Shown: positions 9,441 to 20,553, counted from the first letter of the whole stretch. The stretch: 63,897 nucleotides of DNA, filler included, from 12 parts of 12 records of this genome joined end to end with filler, not necessarily neighbours in it; one strand, 5' to 3'. Program-made: numbers and translations. The notes: generated by a model not told the origin, from the letters alone.

Positions 9441-12400
9441 TTAGCGCCCTTGCGTAGCACCAATGGCATCCGCAAAAGTAGCCTCCGCAGCGACGGTGCC
9501 TGCGCAAGTTTCCGCAGAGCAACTGCCCGGAGCCACACCGGGCCCACCACAGCAGGAGAAGGACTCCTGGCACCGCGCCGCTGTGCCAGAGCAAATGGCC
9601 TGGGTCTCGGTGATGCCCGCGGCCTCCGCACAAACCTGAGAGCTGCGTTACGCATCCGAACGACAGCGAGCAGGATTGAGTCAGTCGATGGGCGTTGCAC
9701 AAGGAATCATCGGCAAGTTTGGCCAGCAAAGCAGTCACGTACCTTTCTGTCTCAATAACTGCATCGGCAACAGTCGGGACGCCGGCGTAGTCGTCCGCTG
9801 AGCACATGTCGTGATCATACCAGTCATTCTTCGGCCTTAAGTCACCCGTTTCAGTGCACGCGGCGGGGTTTGTGCACATAGGGTATCGCGAGCCTGCAGC
9901 AGGCTGTGTCCCGGGAGGGTAGCCTTTCCTGTCGTCGTCCATGCAGCACGTGGAAAAATATCCAGCGTCCTCGACTGCCATTGAGTTTGCGAAGGAATCA
10001 GCGTCCCGCTCAGCCGCGTAGGCCTGGTCGTGTGCGTTGTTTCTGCCGGTGATGTCGATGCGCGTGCCGTACGTGTACCGCAGCCGTTCGAGCGTGCGGA
10101 GGTCACGCGACCGAGGGACGCAATTGCCGGAATGATCGTTGTCCGCAAGCGTCTCGAGCAGCGCGTTTCGTCGCGCTGTCTCGCCGTAGTCAAAAGACGA
10201 AACGAGCACCGTCATGCCGACTACGCCGACAAGCACTGGGTCATCCCCTGACGTGTAAACTGCCAGCGTTCCCGCAACAACTTCTTTGCCCGTAGACTCA
10301 TCTGTGTATATTTGGCTCCACCGAACTGTGTCGCTTGGCGCTGCTCGGCTCAAAAACTGGTAGTAGCTCGCCAATGCATCCTCTACCATGCTCGGGTCAC
10401 GAATGTGGGAGTAGATGCCGTGGTTCTGACAGGTGATTTTCTTCGCATACGGTGGGTTGTAGCGTGCTCCATTGAGACTCGCGAGGAAGGTGTTTCCCAT
10501 GAGGTCATGCCACGGCGTGCAGATATCGTTCTGACAGAACAGGTTGTCTTGATCATCCGAAGTAAACTCAGTGGGTGGGCGCGTCACGCTGTACCAGAAG
10601 ACGTGAGCCTGGTGCGGCCCAGTGGCACCGGTTGGCACACTGTCCTGATTCCGCGATTTAACCTCCCCCCAGGTGGCGTCATACTGTTGTATCACCACCT
10701 CTGCCTCGTCGGGGTTCGATGACCCCTCGCGTGGTCCGGCGCCGTCCGTAAAAAACAGCACGGCCTTCGTGCACCCGGCAGTTGCATCTGCGACAGAATT
10801 GTCCAGCACGTCGAAAGCCTTGCTAAATCCTTTTCTGAAAGAGTTTCCTGCACCGGCTGTGATGGTCATTTCGGTCAAGTACTGTTCCAATAGCGCGCGA
10901 TTACCGCTGGTCATTTGCAACATCTTGTTGTCCGCCGTTGCGCACAGGCCATCCACGTTGTATAAACCGCAGTCTGCAGTGCAACCTGGGTTGAAACAAC
11001 TTGCGAAATTCCCGAATGGAATGATTTGCGCGTAATCTCTCTCGCTGAGAGTCTCAAGCACCTTCCGGACGGCCACCTTGGCCACCTCAAGTCGTGTCTC
11101 GCATTCAACTGCAGATCCGGACCCCGCACACTGAGACATTGATGCGCTCAGGTCCACGACTATCACAATATCCTTCGGACCGGACACAGCTGAAACGTAC
11201 CAGCTCTCCTCGCGCGGATCGTGCCAGTTACAGTACTTCGCGTCCTGTACGAGTCTCTGCTGATTCGCTTGATCGCCGCTGCAGGTGTTGGTGCAGTCAA
11301 ACCCGTACTTAATGCACTGTCCGCACTGGAAGCCCTGCGCGACACAGTCTGCGCACGTCATCTCATCTGTGATTCTCTCGCCAGACACGGCGTTTACTGT
11401 CAGCCATGGAGCCGTGCTCTCGTCAGCCATCGAATAGGCAAGGTCTAACCCCCGGTTGTCCGGTCTGTCACCAGCATAAGATGGCAGCTGACGCGCGTCG
11501 CCTGGGAACGTCCTTAGGGGTCCCGCTTCGGAAGCAAACCACTGAAACTGTATTCCAGCATCGGAGACTACATTTTCTTGGAATTGGGAGTCTAATCCTT
11601 TCGAGAAGCAGACCGCCTCTTTGACTACAGGTGAGTCGCGGTCAACCCTCTTGTTGATGGTCACTGTACTGTGAGCTGCATCCATCTTACGTCCATCTCC
11701 GTCACATGTGCACAGATTGTTCGTGCCAAACACGTCAGAATGGAGGCAGCTGTCATTGCTATTCCACTCCGCCGATGGGTTACAGGCGTCATCGGTGCAG
11801 TGGTCGTTGCTGCTATCATCGCCACAGGTTGACGTGATGGTGGTGCACCTACTCTCGTACGCTGAACGGGCTCTATCCCGCATGGCCACTACCTTGGCAA
11901 CACGGCTTGCGATTGCATTTTCGAGCGTTGGTCGACAAACGCTGTTGGTCAGGTCGTACCCTGCGCCACATGAGCAGTGTGGTGTGGTACCTATTTCTGG
12001 TGGAAGCACCTCGTTGCATGCGTGATTGGTCCCTGGCAGTGGTCCCACAGTGTCAGTGCACGGATGAGGGGTGCCGGCACACTCATCGACGTTGACGCAT
12101 TCTCCGGACGCATCTCGGCGCGTGTATCCTGGAGCGCAGTCAGCGCACGTGTCTCCGTCGTATCCAACGTCGCAAACACAGGCCCCACCTACACACGTAC
12201 CCTCATCGCCACACACAACTCCGATACATGGGTCAAGGGTGCCGCATTCCAAGATGGAGCTGCTCCACGAGGGTAGTGCACCACCAGACTGAGAGCAGCT
12301 CGGAGTCTCTGTCTCCTGTACCATGCCCGTCGGGCAAGTTACAGTGATCGTACTGCCGACATCGCACCGACCATTGGCGTGACATCCTCCTGTAATTTGA

Positions 12401-13432
12401 GCGTCGTTCAGCGTCAGTAGGCTTAGGGAGCAGTAGTTATGTCGGCACGTTGGCGCTGGTTCCCAAAGGCCGGACTCAAGGCAGCGCAGCTGGGGCGTGC
12501 CGCTTAGTGTGTAGCCATCGTTGCAGGTGACCGTCAGTGGGCTGGGTGCGCCGAAATATGTGTCGCCTTCAACTGTGGCGCCACTCACAGCGAGCGCGCC
12601 ACAATCTTTGGCCACACACGTAGCGCCGCCGACCGGGCCGGGCTCGTATCCTAGCAAGCATTCATTGCACTGGACTCCAGTGGTATGCTCGGGGCACGCG
12701 GTGCAAGCGCCACCCGTAAACACATAGTCAGTAATGCAGGTGCACGTCGGGATGGTTCCTGGAGGAGCAGCGGGTATGCATCTGTCGACATATTCTGCGG
12801 GACCGCACGGTGGCGGATCACTCAAGCATTCATCTACGTTTTCGCACAACCTGCCAACGAGTGTATATCCTGGCTCGCACTCTGCGCACGTGTCTCCGCC
12901 ATCCGTGTAGCCGGTGGGACACTCGCAGGTGATGTTCTCCGACTCGCACCGGCCGGGGGCACAATCGATAGCTGCGCACGGATCGACCACAATAATTCCA
13001 CCAGTATCCGATGTCCCCGCTGCCCTGCCATTCGGCCCGGCTTGGATGACTGCTTCATCGTCTTCTGACAGCGCAACGACGGCCACTACGGCGACGGTTG
13101 CCAACACAAGCACAGCGACGATAGCCACTTTCATTGAGCTGGTAGCCGCGAGTTTCATGCTCGTGGTCTCCAGATCGATGTTGCTCATCGACGCTTGGCT
13201 CTTGCTGCCGCCCCCCATTTCCCTTTCGAAGCCGGTCCCAAGCTGCCCCGATTGGCCGCGTCCAGGGGACACACCGCGAGGTGCCCCGCCAAAGCCCGGA
13301 GGAGGTTGCCACTGTGTCTGCCCGGTACCGCGGTTGACATAGTAGGTTCGGCCTGACTGTGCGTCGACCATCGAGCTCCACTCGCCTCCCGGGGCTCGGC
13401 CGGGGCTCTGTCCTCGCGGCGGGCCGCGGCCA
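9441..13432 (-). CDS. WW domain, single TM, EGF/Sushi repeats, alpha2delta/CACHD1-like VWA_N-VWA-Cache protein; 5'-truncated
   Basis: WW: EWSSMVDAQSGRTYYVNRGTGQTQWQPP. TM: VAIVAVLVLATVAVVAVVAL. Ca-EGF NVDEC twice; CCP repeats. FQWFASEAGPLRTFPG and HDPREESWYVSAVSGPKDIVIVVDLSASM (MIDAS DxSxS), FFTDG, WSQIYTD. Intron 9643-9742 (GTACGT...GCAG) gives a final Cys-rich exon ending at TAA 9441. Confidence 0.8.
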
Positions 13433-14043
13433 NNNNNNNNNNNNNNNNNNNNNNNNNNNNNNNNNNNNNNNNNNNNTTAATTAATTAANNNNNNNNNNNN
13501 NNNNNNNNNNNNNNNNNNNNNNNNNNNNNNNNGGAGGCAACGATGTGATCGTTGCCCATCGCGAGCCTGAGGCGGTCAGGAAGCCGGCCAGAGGAAGCAT
13601 GTTTCAATCTCGTACTATATAGTAGAAATTGGTGAATAATGATTCATTACAATGATGTAATGAATACGAGATCTTAGGTAGTCGGCTGACAACGGCCAAA
13701 TCATCTCGAATCCTCGATCGGGCGCGGGTTCTGCGGGTGTGGGGGTGCCCAGATGCCGGTAGGCCGTTTAATCAAGGTGTGCCGCGGCATCGAGGCGTGG
13801 AGGTGAGCGTGGAAGCTGCTCTGCTGCTGCGTCGCGGTGCGCCGCCGGGTGCCATTGCGTGTGCCAACCTGCCATGTCGCATGTGCGTGATCTCCAGCAC
13901 GCAGTCGCCGCCCTGCGTCTTCGGTCTTGCGTCTGCCCGGCCTGCCCGTGGCTGGTGCCTATATAGTAGTGTTGTGCCTCTGTGCCATGACGCCGGGCTG
14001 ACCGCGGCGCGGGCGCCAGCTGGCGCAGAGGAGTGGTGAACGT

Positions 14044-17000
14044 ATGCCCTGGCAGCGGTCGAGGCGTGCTTATCTGCTGGCGGCATGGGCACTGCTGTGC
14101 TACTCGGCGCAGCCAGCGACTTCGGCGTCTTTGATGGACGGCGTGCTATATGCGTGGGGCGCGGAGGGCGTCCTCGGCGAGCCAGCCGATCCCGATGGGA
14201 TGCCGGTTGAGGTCACGGACCTCGACAACGCTGTGGCGCGCGTTGCAGCTGGCAAGGACCACAGTGTAGTCCTACGATCATCCGGCTCGGTATTTACGTT
14301 CGGGAGTGGCTCACGAGGCCAGCTCGGGCATGGCGATCGAGCCGCGCGGTCTGCAGCGACTCGTGTCGCCAGCAGCCTCGTCGGGTCGAACATAGCCCTT
14401 GTCAGCGCCGGCACGTACTTCACGACTGTCGTCAAGTTTGACAGCTCCAGCGCTTTGAGCAGCGAAGGAGGTCCCACGTGGCAGCTCTACGCATGGGGCG
14501 TTAATGACTGGGGACAATTAGGCATCGGCTCCTACTCGAACGCAGTGTACGACACGCCGCGGTCCGTGAGCAGCTTGTCCTCAATTGCGCTTTCTCACGG
14601 AGGCACCCCCGCGACGCATGTTGCAGAGCTAGTTTCTGGCGCGAGACACACTGTCGCGGTGATGCGAGATGGGCGTACCTTTGGGTGGGGGGCTAACCAA
14701 CACGGTGCTCTAGGACAGGCATGCCCTGCACCGCAAAGCGTTGCAACTCCTGGATGCGTGGTCATCCGCCCACAAGAGCTCTCGCTCGGTGATGTGCGTG
14801 TCGAGCGTGCAGCGCTGGGGCTAGATTATAGCATACTGCTTAGCCAAGGTGGAATATTATGGTCGACAGGGAGAAATTCTGCCGGGCAACTTGGACTGGG
14901 TGATAATGGCGACGATCGTTTCGCGTTCGAAAGGGTGCATATTCCAGGTGCCCCGCCAATCCTACAGGTCGCGACGGGACGGGAGCACACGCTCGCTATT
15001 TCCGCCTATGGTCAGATATGGGTGTGGGGATGCAACGAGTATGGTCAGCTTGGTCTTGGTGTGGACTACGGTGCAATCGAGAGCACCCCGACAGCGGTAG
15101 CCATGCACACCATCGCACCATCTGTGTATGAGTCGACAGACGCAGCCCAGGCTGCCTGGAATGCTCTATTCTCGTCGTTTGCCTCGGACGCGCAATCGAT
15201 CCAGGCAATGAGAATTACAGCAGGCGATGGTTTCTCCATCTTCGTCGTGAATAGTGGACACACGGTTGTTGGTGTGGGCAGAAGTGATAGTGGACAGCTT
15301 GGCGATAGCTGCTCGTATCCAGTGCTCATGTCTATCAATCCACGCAGGTCTCGCTGTCCTCCGTCAGTGATTTCTGGCGGTTGGCAACGTGACACAGTCA
15401 GCGACTGCGCTGACCTAGACCCAACTTGTGGCACGCGGAGAGATGAAGGGCACTGTGCTATCACGTCGAGTAATTTTGGTTTCATGGTGAATAGCTGCCA
15501 GCTCACGTGTGGTCTGTGTTCGTTGGCACCCCCCGTGGCTGGGTTGTTTGCTGGGCCTGAAGGGCAGCACGCATTCAGCCTCTTGGGTGGCGGCTGTGGG
15601 TCTGATTTTAGCAATCACCTGAGCGAAGGGACAGCAAGCTGCACCTGCAAAAAGTGTGCGGATGGTAGCTCATTCATCGTAGACTCGTGCATCCCGTGTG
15701 AAGCTGGCCGTTTTGGAGTCCCCGCCAGATGTCCTGTCTGGTGCAAAGAATGGCGCAAAGAAATCATGTGCACCGAATACAAGGCATCGTCGTCCAACTG
15801 TGCTGCCTGCCCGGCAGGTCGTGCTGGAGAAGGTGTTGGAAAAGTAGGAGAGCTTTGGTGTGAACAGTGCCAAACAGGTCGATACAGTACAGCTGATGGT
15901 TCGACAGAGTGTGATAGTTGTGAATCCGGCAAGTTCGCGGAGACCAAAGCTTCGACCAACTGCCAAACGTGCGGGGCTGGTCGTTGGGCGGCACCTGGAT
16001 CGGTTGAATGTACCCCGTGCACCGCAGGACGCAGCAGCGCACAACTTGCAGCAGCATCTATCGATGCGTGTATCCAATGTCCTGCAGGTACAGAGGCATC
16101 CCCTGGATCGGTCACTTGCGAAGCGTGCGCGGTCGGTTGGGCTGATGTCGACATGCAGCCAGCATCGCTGTGCATTCGATGTGCTGCAGGGCGATTTAGT
16201 GCTGTAAGGTCTACTGAGTGCACAGCATGCGCCAGAGGATGGGCAGACCTGGACAGTAATCCAACCACTGGTTGTACCAGCTGTACATCTGGCAGATACT
16301 CTCTCGTCAATAGCACTAGCTGTATACACTGCCTCCCTGGTTTTTCAGACCATGATGTGGACGCAGCAACATCGTGTGCGCAGTGTGCCCAAGGGCTTTA
16401 TACTTCGCTCATCAGCAGTACAGGACCATGCATTTCCTGTTCAATAGGACAGAGTACTGTCCCACTCGGCGCAGTCATCTGCGAAGATTGCTCAGCTGGC
16501 AAAACTGATGATGACAGGGATCCAAAAACATCGTGCGCCAACTGTAGCGTCGGAACGTACTCTCCTGGCGGCGTGTCCACTTGCCGTGATTGTGGAGACG
16601 GTAATCTGGACGACGACTTGGACCCATCGACGCCCTGTACTACGTGCTCTGCAGGTCGCTTTGAGTCGATTGTTGCATCTGTGCCAAGTTGTGTGGACTG
16701 TCCTGTCGGACGCCATTCGCCGGTGGTGGCCGCGGCATCAGTAAGTGTCTGTCAACCGTGCGAGCGTGGATTTGCTGACTTGGACCTGCGAGCAGAAACT
16801 CCTTGTTCAAGCTGTGAAGCTGGCAAATACGCGGTCGAGCTAGCAAGTACGGTTTGTACAGGATGCGTGGTTGGCACGTATTCAGAAACCTTGGAGGCCA
16901 CGTCCGCTGCCAGCTGCATTTCCTGCATGCCTGGGTTTTCGTCACTAGTCGAAGCGGCATCGACTGTCGATGCTTGCGTGCCGTGTCCACGTGGACAATA

Positions 17001-19203
17001 TTATGGCCAAACAGATCAAACAACTGCATTTGGGTGCGTCAACTGCACATTTGGACGGTTTTCCACGGAGCTAGGTGCTACTGATGACACAGCATGCCGT
17101 GCCTGTCCCGCTGGTACTATCAGCAAAGCAGGTGCTTCGATCTGCATTGATTGCCCTCGTGGATCATACGCTCCGACGGGTAGTGCAAATTGCCAAACGT
17201 GTCCACAAGGGCAGATGGCTACCACTGAGCTGGCAGCCACTGAATGTGTGGAGTGCCAAGCAGGTCAAGTTGCTGAAGTTGCGTCAACTGAGTGCAACTT
17301 ATGCATTCCAGGAAGGTTTGCCCCGCCAGCACAGGGCGCGTGCGGACTCTGTGCCCCAGGATCCTATGTGGAAACTTTTGGGGCTCCTGAATGCGTGCTA
17401 TGCGAAAATGGATACGCCTCCTCTACAGTGGGTGCATCGGCTGTGGGCGTGTGCATCTCGTGCGTCGCTGGCTTTTTTGCAGACGCACGAGTGATGTGTA
17501 CGGGGTGTGCCAAAGGCAAACATAGCCTGGACGTTGCTATGGCATGCGAAAATTGCGAGGTCCGAGACGCATGCATTGGCTATGGGAAATGTTTGAAAGG
17601 ATACGAATCAGATTTTTGTACGTCGTGCTCATCTGGGTTCTTTAAGATGAATCGGCGTTGCCATCGCTGCCCAGACAACTCCGTGTTGCTCATTGTCGTT
17701 GCCATCATCATTTTCTTTCTGGTTGCAATGCTGGTGTTGAAAATGGGGAGCAACTCACGAAAGACCAGCAGCCTCCAAGCATATGGGCAGTCGAGCGTCA
17801 GTGCGAGGCTGAGCGTGCCGCTCAGCATCCTTTGGGTGGAGCTGCAGTTCAACTTACAGTTCTTTGATCTGGACCTCCAGTGGCCATCATTTTTACTGGA
17901 TATTACAACCTTTCTCAAGGCCATTTTGGACTTCAATTGGGCAGCAATGACTGCGCCAGAATGCGCTGTTCGATTTTCTTCGGCAGGACAGGCATTTTTT
18001 GCTCGAACGCTGATCGTCGCGTCAGGGTTGCCGTTCTTCTGCATCGCAATATGCTTGCTGTATGTGGTGTTCAACTCGCTGATTGCGATTCAGTCCCAAC
18101 GCATCTGGCCAGCTTTCGTGCACTTGTTCAAGACTGTACCCCGAGAGACCGCGAATGCCTGCGTGATAGGTTTCACACTCCAATACGTTATGCTGACTAG
18201 GACAGCTGCCGAAGCTTTTGATTGTCGGCCATTAGACCGCGATGGTGCTCCGTGGCGCCTTGATAGCCAGAGAGAGGTGCGATGTGCATTCGGTGGTGAT
18301 TTCTGGTGGCCGAAGATCTTGGTTATCGGAAGTGTTCTAGCTGTTGTCGTCATGTGGCTGCCCCTCATGCTGCTGCGATATCTGCGTCGCAAACAAAGTG
18401 GTGTAATTTTCCGTGGGCGTATGCCTCATATCGCAGCCGTTTACACGGATCTACTGGTGTCTCCCGATGTGCCAAAAGAGTGTCCTGTTGAGTCCACTGC
18501 GGACGGATGCCAACAAGACCCGATGGAGATTGAGCTGGCCGATGAAGCATCATCAGTGATCCACCATGATCGGCACACGCTGACGGTGATGGGTTGGCTG
18601 TTCGTTCGCTTTCGCCCTGCATATTACTGGTGGGAGTTCGTGATCATGGCCAGAAAAGCAGTGCTCACACTCATTGTAGTGTTCCTTGGGACTGCAGGGT
18701 CGGTGGCTCTCAGTCTGACGCTTGGTGGCACTGTACTCACGTTGTTTCTGCAGAGACGCCACGCACCGTTCCGCGAAGATGCGCTGACGTTTGCAGCCGC
18801 GAGGCGTGCTGAAATACGCAGACGAAAGCGAGCCAAAAATGCCCCGTGGGAGAGCCGGCTTCGTCGAGCGTGGCGGCGCGTGAAGGAGAATTGGGATATG
18901 CCGAGCTTGAATGGGCTCCAATTAGTAGCCCTGTCCACACATCTCGTCACGCTCGCTTGCGGGCTCCTGTGTCTCATATCAGGCGACCCGGACAGTGGTA
19001 TTGCTCTAGCAGCCGGGTATGCAAGTCTGTTTGTGATGCTGATCTTCGTAGGCATGGTCATTCACTATATACGGCCACGATGTGGCTCCAAACATGAACA
19101 CAATGTGCGCGGTCAGACCAAGTCGATCCGTTCGAGATCGTCGAGGCGAATTCGACCAGCAGACGAAATGCCTCATGCAGCAAAGCGTAAGCCGTCTAGC
19201 TAG
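14044..19203 (+). CDS. Signal peptide, RCC1-like beta-propeller, ShKT domain, long Cys-rich repeat stalk, multi-TM core
   Basis: Intact 1719-aa ORF. RCC1 repeats (VAAGKDHS, WGVNDWGQLG, WGCNEYGQLGLG); ShKT-like CADLDPTC...C...MVNSCQLTCGLC (15406-~15519); many CxxCxxGx(F/Y) units; C-terminal TM helices with YYWWEFVIMARK. Confidence 0.85.
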   Translation: MPWQRSRRAYLLAAWALLCYSAQPATSASLMDGVLYAWGAEGVLGEPADPDGMPVEVTDLDNAVARVAAGKDHSVVLRSSGSVFTFGSGSRGQLGHGDRAARSAATRVASSLVGSNIALVSAGTYFTTVVKFDSSSALSSEGGPTWQLYAWGVNDWGQLGIGSYSNAVYDTPRSVSSLSSIALSHGGTPATHVAELVSGARHTVAVMRDGRTFGWGANQHGALGQACPAPQSVATPGCVVIRPQELSLGDVRVERAALGLDYSILLSQGGILWSTGRNSAGQLGLGDNGDDRFAFERVHIPGAPPILQVATGREHTLAISAYGQIWVWGCNEYGQLGLGVDYGAIESTPTAVAMHTIAPSVYESTDAAQAAWNALFSSFASDAQSIQAMRITAGDGFSIFVVNSGHTVVGVGRSDSGQLGDSCSYPVLMSINPRRSRCPPSVISGGWQRDTVSDCADLDPTCGTRRDEGHCAITSSNFGFMVNSCQLTCGLCSLAPPVAGLFAGPEGQHAFSLLGGGCGSDFSNHLSEGTASCTCKKCADGSSFIVDSCIPCEAGRFGVPARCPVWCKEWRKEIMCTEYKASSSNCAACPAGRAGEGVGKVGELWCEQCQTGRYSTADGSTECDSCESGKFAETKASTNCQTCGAGRWAAPGSVECTPCTAGRSSAQLAAASIDACIQCPAGTEASPGSVTCEACAVGWADVDMQPASLCIRCAAGRFSAVRSTECTACARGWADLDSNPTTGCTSCTSGRYSLVNSTSCIHCLPGFSDHDVDAATSCAQCAQGLYTSLISSTGPCISCSIGQSTVPLGAVICEDCSAGKTDDDRDPKTSCANCSVGTYSPGGVSTCRDCGDGNLDDDLDPSTPCTTCSAGRFESIVASVPSCVDCPVGRHSPVVAAASVSVCQPCERGFADLDLRAETPCSSCEAGKYAVELASTVCTGCVVGTYSETLEATSAASCISCMPGFSSLVEAASTVDACVPCPRGQYYGQTDQTTAFGCVNCTFGRFSTELGATDDTACRACPAGTISKAGASICIDCPRGSYAPTGSANCQTCPQGQMATTELAATECVECQAGQVAEVASTECNLCIPGRFAPPAQGACGLCAPGSYVETFGAPECVLCENGYASSTVGASAVGVCISCVAGFFADARVMCTGCAKGKHSLDVAMACENCEVRDACIGYGKCLKGYESDFCTSCSSGFFKMNRRCHRCPDNSVLLIVVAIIIFFLVAMLVLKMGSNSRKTSSLQAYGQSSVSARLSVPLSILWVELQFNLQFFDLDLQWPSFLLDITTFLKAILDFNWAAMTAPECAVRFSSAGQAFFARTLIVASGLPFFCIAICLLYVVFNSLIAIQSQRIWPAFVHLFKTVPRETANACVIGFTLQYVMLTRTAAEAFDCRPLDRDGAPWRLDSQREVRCAFGGDFWWPKILVIGSVLAVVVMWLPLMLLRYLRRKQSGVIFRGRMPHIAAVYTDLLVSPDVPKECPVESTADGCQQDPMEIELADEASSVIHHDRHTLTVMGWLFVRFRPAYYWWEFVIMARKAVLTLIVVFLGTAGSVALSLTLGGTVLTLFLQRRHAPFREDALTFAAARRAEIRRRKRAKNAPWESRLRRAWRRVKENWDMPSLNGLQLVALSTHLVTLACGLLCLISGDPDSGIALAAGYASLFVMLIFVGMVIHYIRPRCGSKHEHNVRGQTKSIRSRSSRRIRPADEMPHAAKRKPSS

Positions 19204-19311
19204 AGTAGAGAACGTTCTGAATAGCTAGTCGAGCACTGCTCCAGCTGGGTGGTGGAATTTGCGTGGAACTAATGCATTGTATCCATCAACCAGGCACAAC
19301 CGCAGCGCGTC

Positions 19312-20553
19312 TCATCGCCTCTTCCGCTTGCGTTTCGACTGTCGGCCGGGAGAGCTAGCGTCGACGTCAGCCGAATCATCCTGCTTTTTGCCCGCCGCCG
19401 CTGCGCCATTTGCCGACCCTGTTTCCTCTGTCGTCCCGCCCTCTTTTCCCGCTGTTGCTAAGGCTTCTGGCGCTTCGTCTGGGTCTTCCTCCGCCTCGCC
19501 ATCAGACGGCGGCTCTCCGGCAGGCGGCTGCGGTTGCAGGGGTGCAGATGCAGCCTTTGCTTTTGTGCCGTTCTCCTCCGCTTCGATGATCGGCAGTGGG
19601 TGAAGCTTCACCAGCAGAGGTGGCATCTTGGACATACACCCTGAGACCATAGCCAAACAATTGAGCACGTTGGACAGATTGGACCGGAACCGAATCATGT
19701 TCTCGATGATTTCACCGTCGACCGTGGCGCCCGCAGGCTCTTGTGCGGCGAGCGCCTCTTTCACCTTGTTGATAAAACCATCGTTCTCATCTAGGAGCCG
19801 CAACACTCCACTCTCGCTGGTGACTGTGTCCTGGCTATCTCGGGCCGCTCGCACGTGGGCTCCTGACCCTGCCACCCTGTTCGCTGCGGGCGCTTGCTTG
19901 GTGCTCCTGGAGCTGAGCACCGGATCGAGCTGGTCGCCGTTGGGGGCGAAGCTACCGCCGGTCGACTGATTCAGCGTCGACGACTCCGATGGGGACGCCG
20001 GTAGCTCCCGCCCGCCCTCGGAGTCATCCGAAAAGTTGATGGAGTTCAGGCGCTGTAACTCCACCATCCATTTATACCGCTTGGCCACATCGGTGATCGT
20101 TTTGTCGGGAAGGAAGGCGGCGATCTTGACGTACCGCGTCAGATTGTTGTACTGCGAAGCAGGGAAGCGCTTCAGCCCCTCTTCTAACACGATCTGTTCC
20201 TCTCGGGTCCACTCTGCCGCAGCGCAGTACGCGCCCAGAAGCGTCTGCTGCTGCTGCTTTATCCGCGCGAAGCACCGCGGGGACAGCCTTGGCGGCTGCT
20301 GAATGGGCAGCGGCATGGCGCACTCTATTATCGCGTTCGGGTGAATGATCTGCACCGGCTGGTTGCTGTACTGCTGCTCATGCATCGACATCAGCGACGC
20401 AGGCATCACCCCTTCGTGGTTAGTTGCCTCGAAGTACTCCTGGATGTGCTCCCGGGTCTCCTCTAGACTCCGCGACCCAACCGCCTCCGCAATCTTCCCC
20501 AGCCACTCCTGCGCCGGCATGGTCCGCCGTGCGTCGCCGTATTGCTGGAGCGC
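19312..20553 (-). CDS. Myb/SANT-like plus DUF3755-like protein; 5' exons not resolved
   Basis: WTREEQIVLEEGL...RYVKIAAFLPDKTITDVAKRYKWM and LLDEN...NMIRFRSNL..VLN...MSKMPPLLVKL resemble the plant Myb-DUF3755 family. A further SANT-like segment (W.KIAEAVGSRSLEETREH) lies upstream; basic NLS-like C-terminus. Probable acceptor CAG at 20554. Confidence 0.7.
   Translation of the reverse strand, partial: ALQQYGDARRTMPAQEWLGKIAEAVGSRSLEETREHIQEYFEATNHEGVMPASLMSMHEQQYSNQPVQIIHPNAIIECAMPLPIQQPPRLSPRCFARIKQQQQTLLGAYCAAAEWTREEQIVLEEGLKRFPASQYNNLTRYVKIAAFLPDKTITDVAKRYKWMVELQRLNSINFSDDSEGGRELPASPSESSTLNQSTGGSFAPNGDQLDPVLSSRSTKQAPAANRVAGSGAHVRAARDSQDTVTSESGVLRLLDENDGFINKVKEALAAQEPAGATVDGEIIENMIRFRSNLSNVLNCLAMVSGCMSKMPPLLVKLHPLPIIEAEENGTKAKAASAPLQPQPPAGEPPSDGEAEEDPDEAPEALATAGKEGGTTEETGSANGAAAAGKKQDDSADVDASSPGRQSKRKRKRR

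Noticed and set aside
9362-9742. C-terminal tail of the 1353-aa ORF, including a hydrophobic stretch (GAVPGVLLLLWWA) that could be a TM anchor
   Set aside because: Best explained as read-through of intron 9643-9742 into the wrong frame, running into a (GA)n repeat; the spliced frame gives a clean Cys-rich end and stop. RNA data would be decisive.
20215-20323. Possible non-canonical intron in the Myb gene (starts GTGCGC, intron-like sequence)
   Set aside because: No GT-AG pair preserves the frame and the ORF reads through, so it cannot be supported without transcripts.
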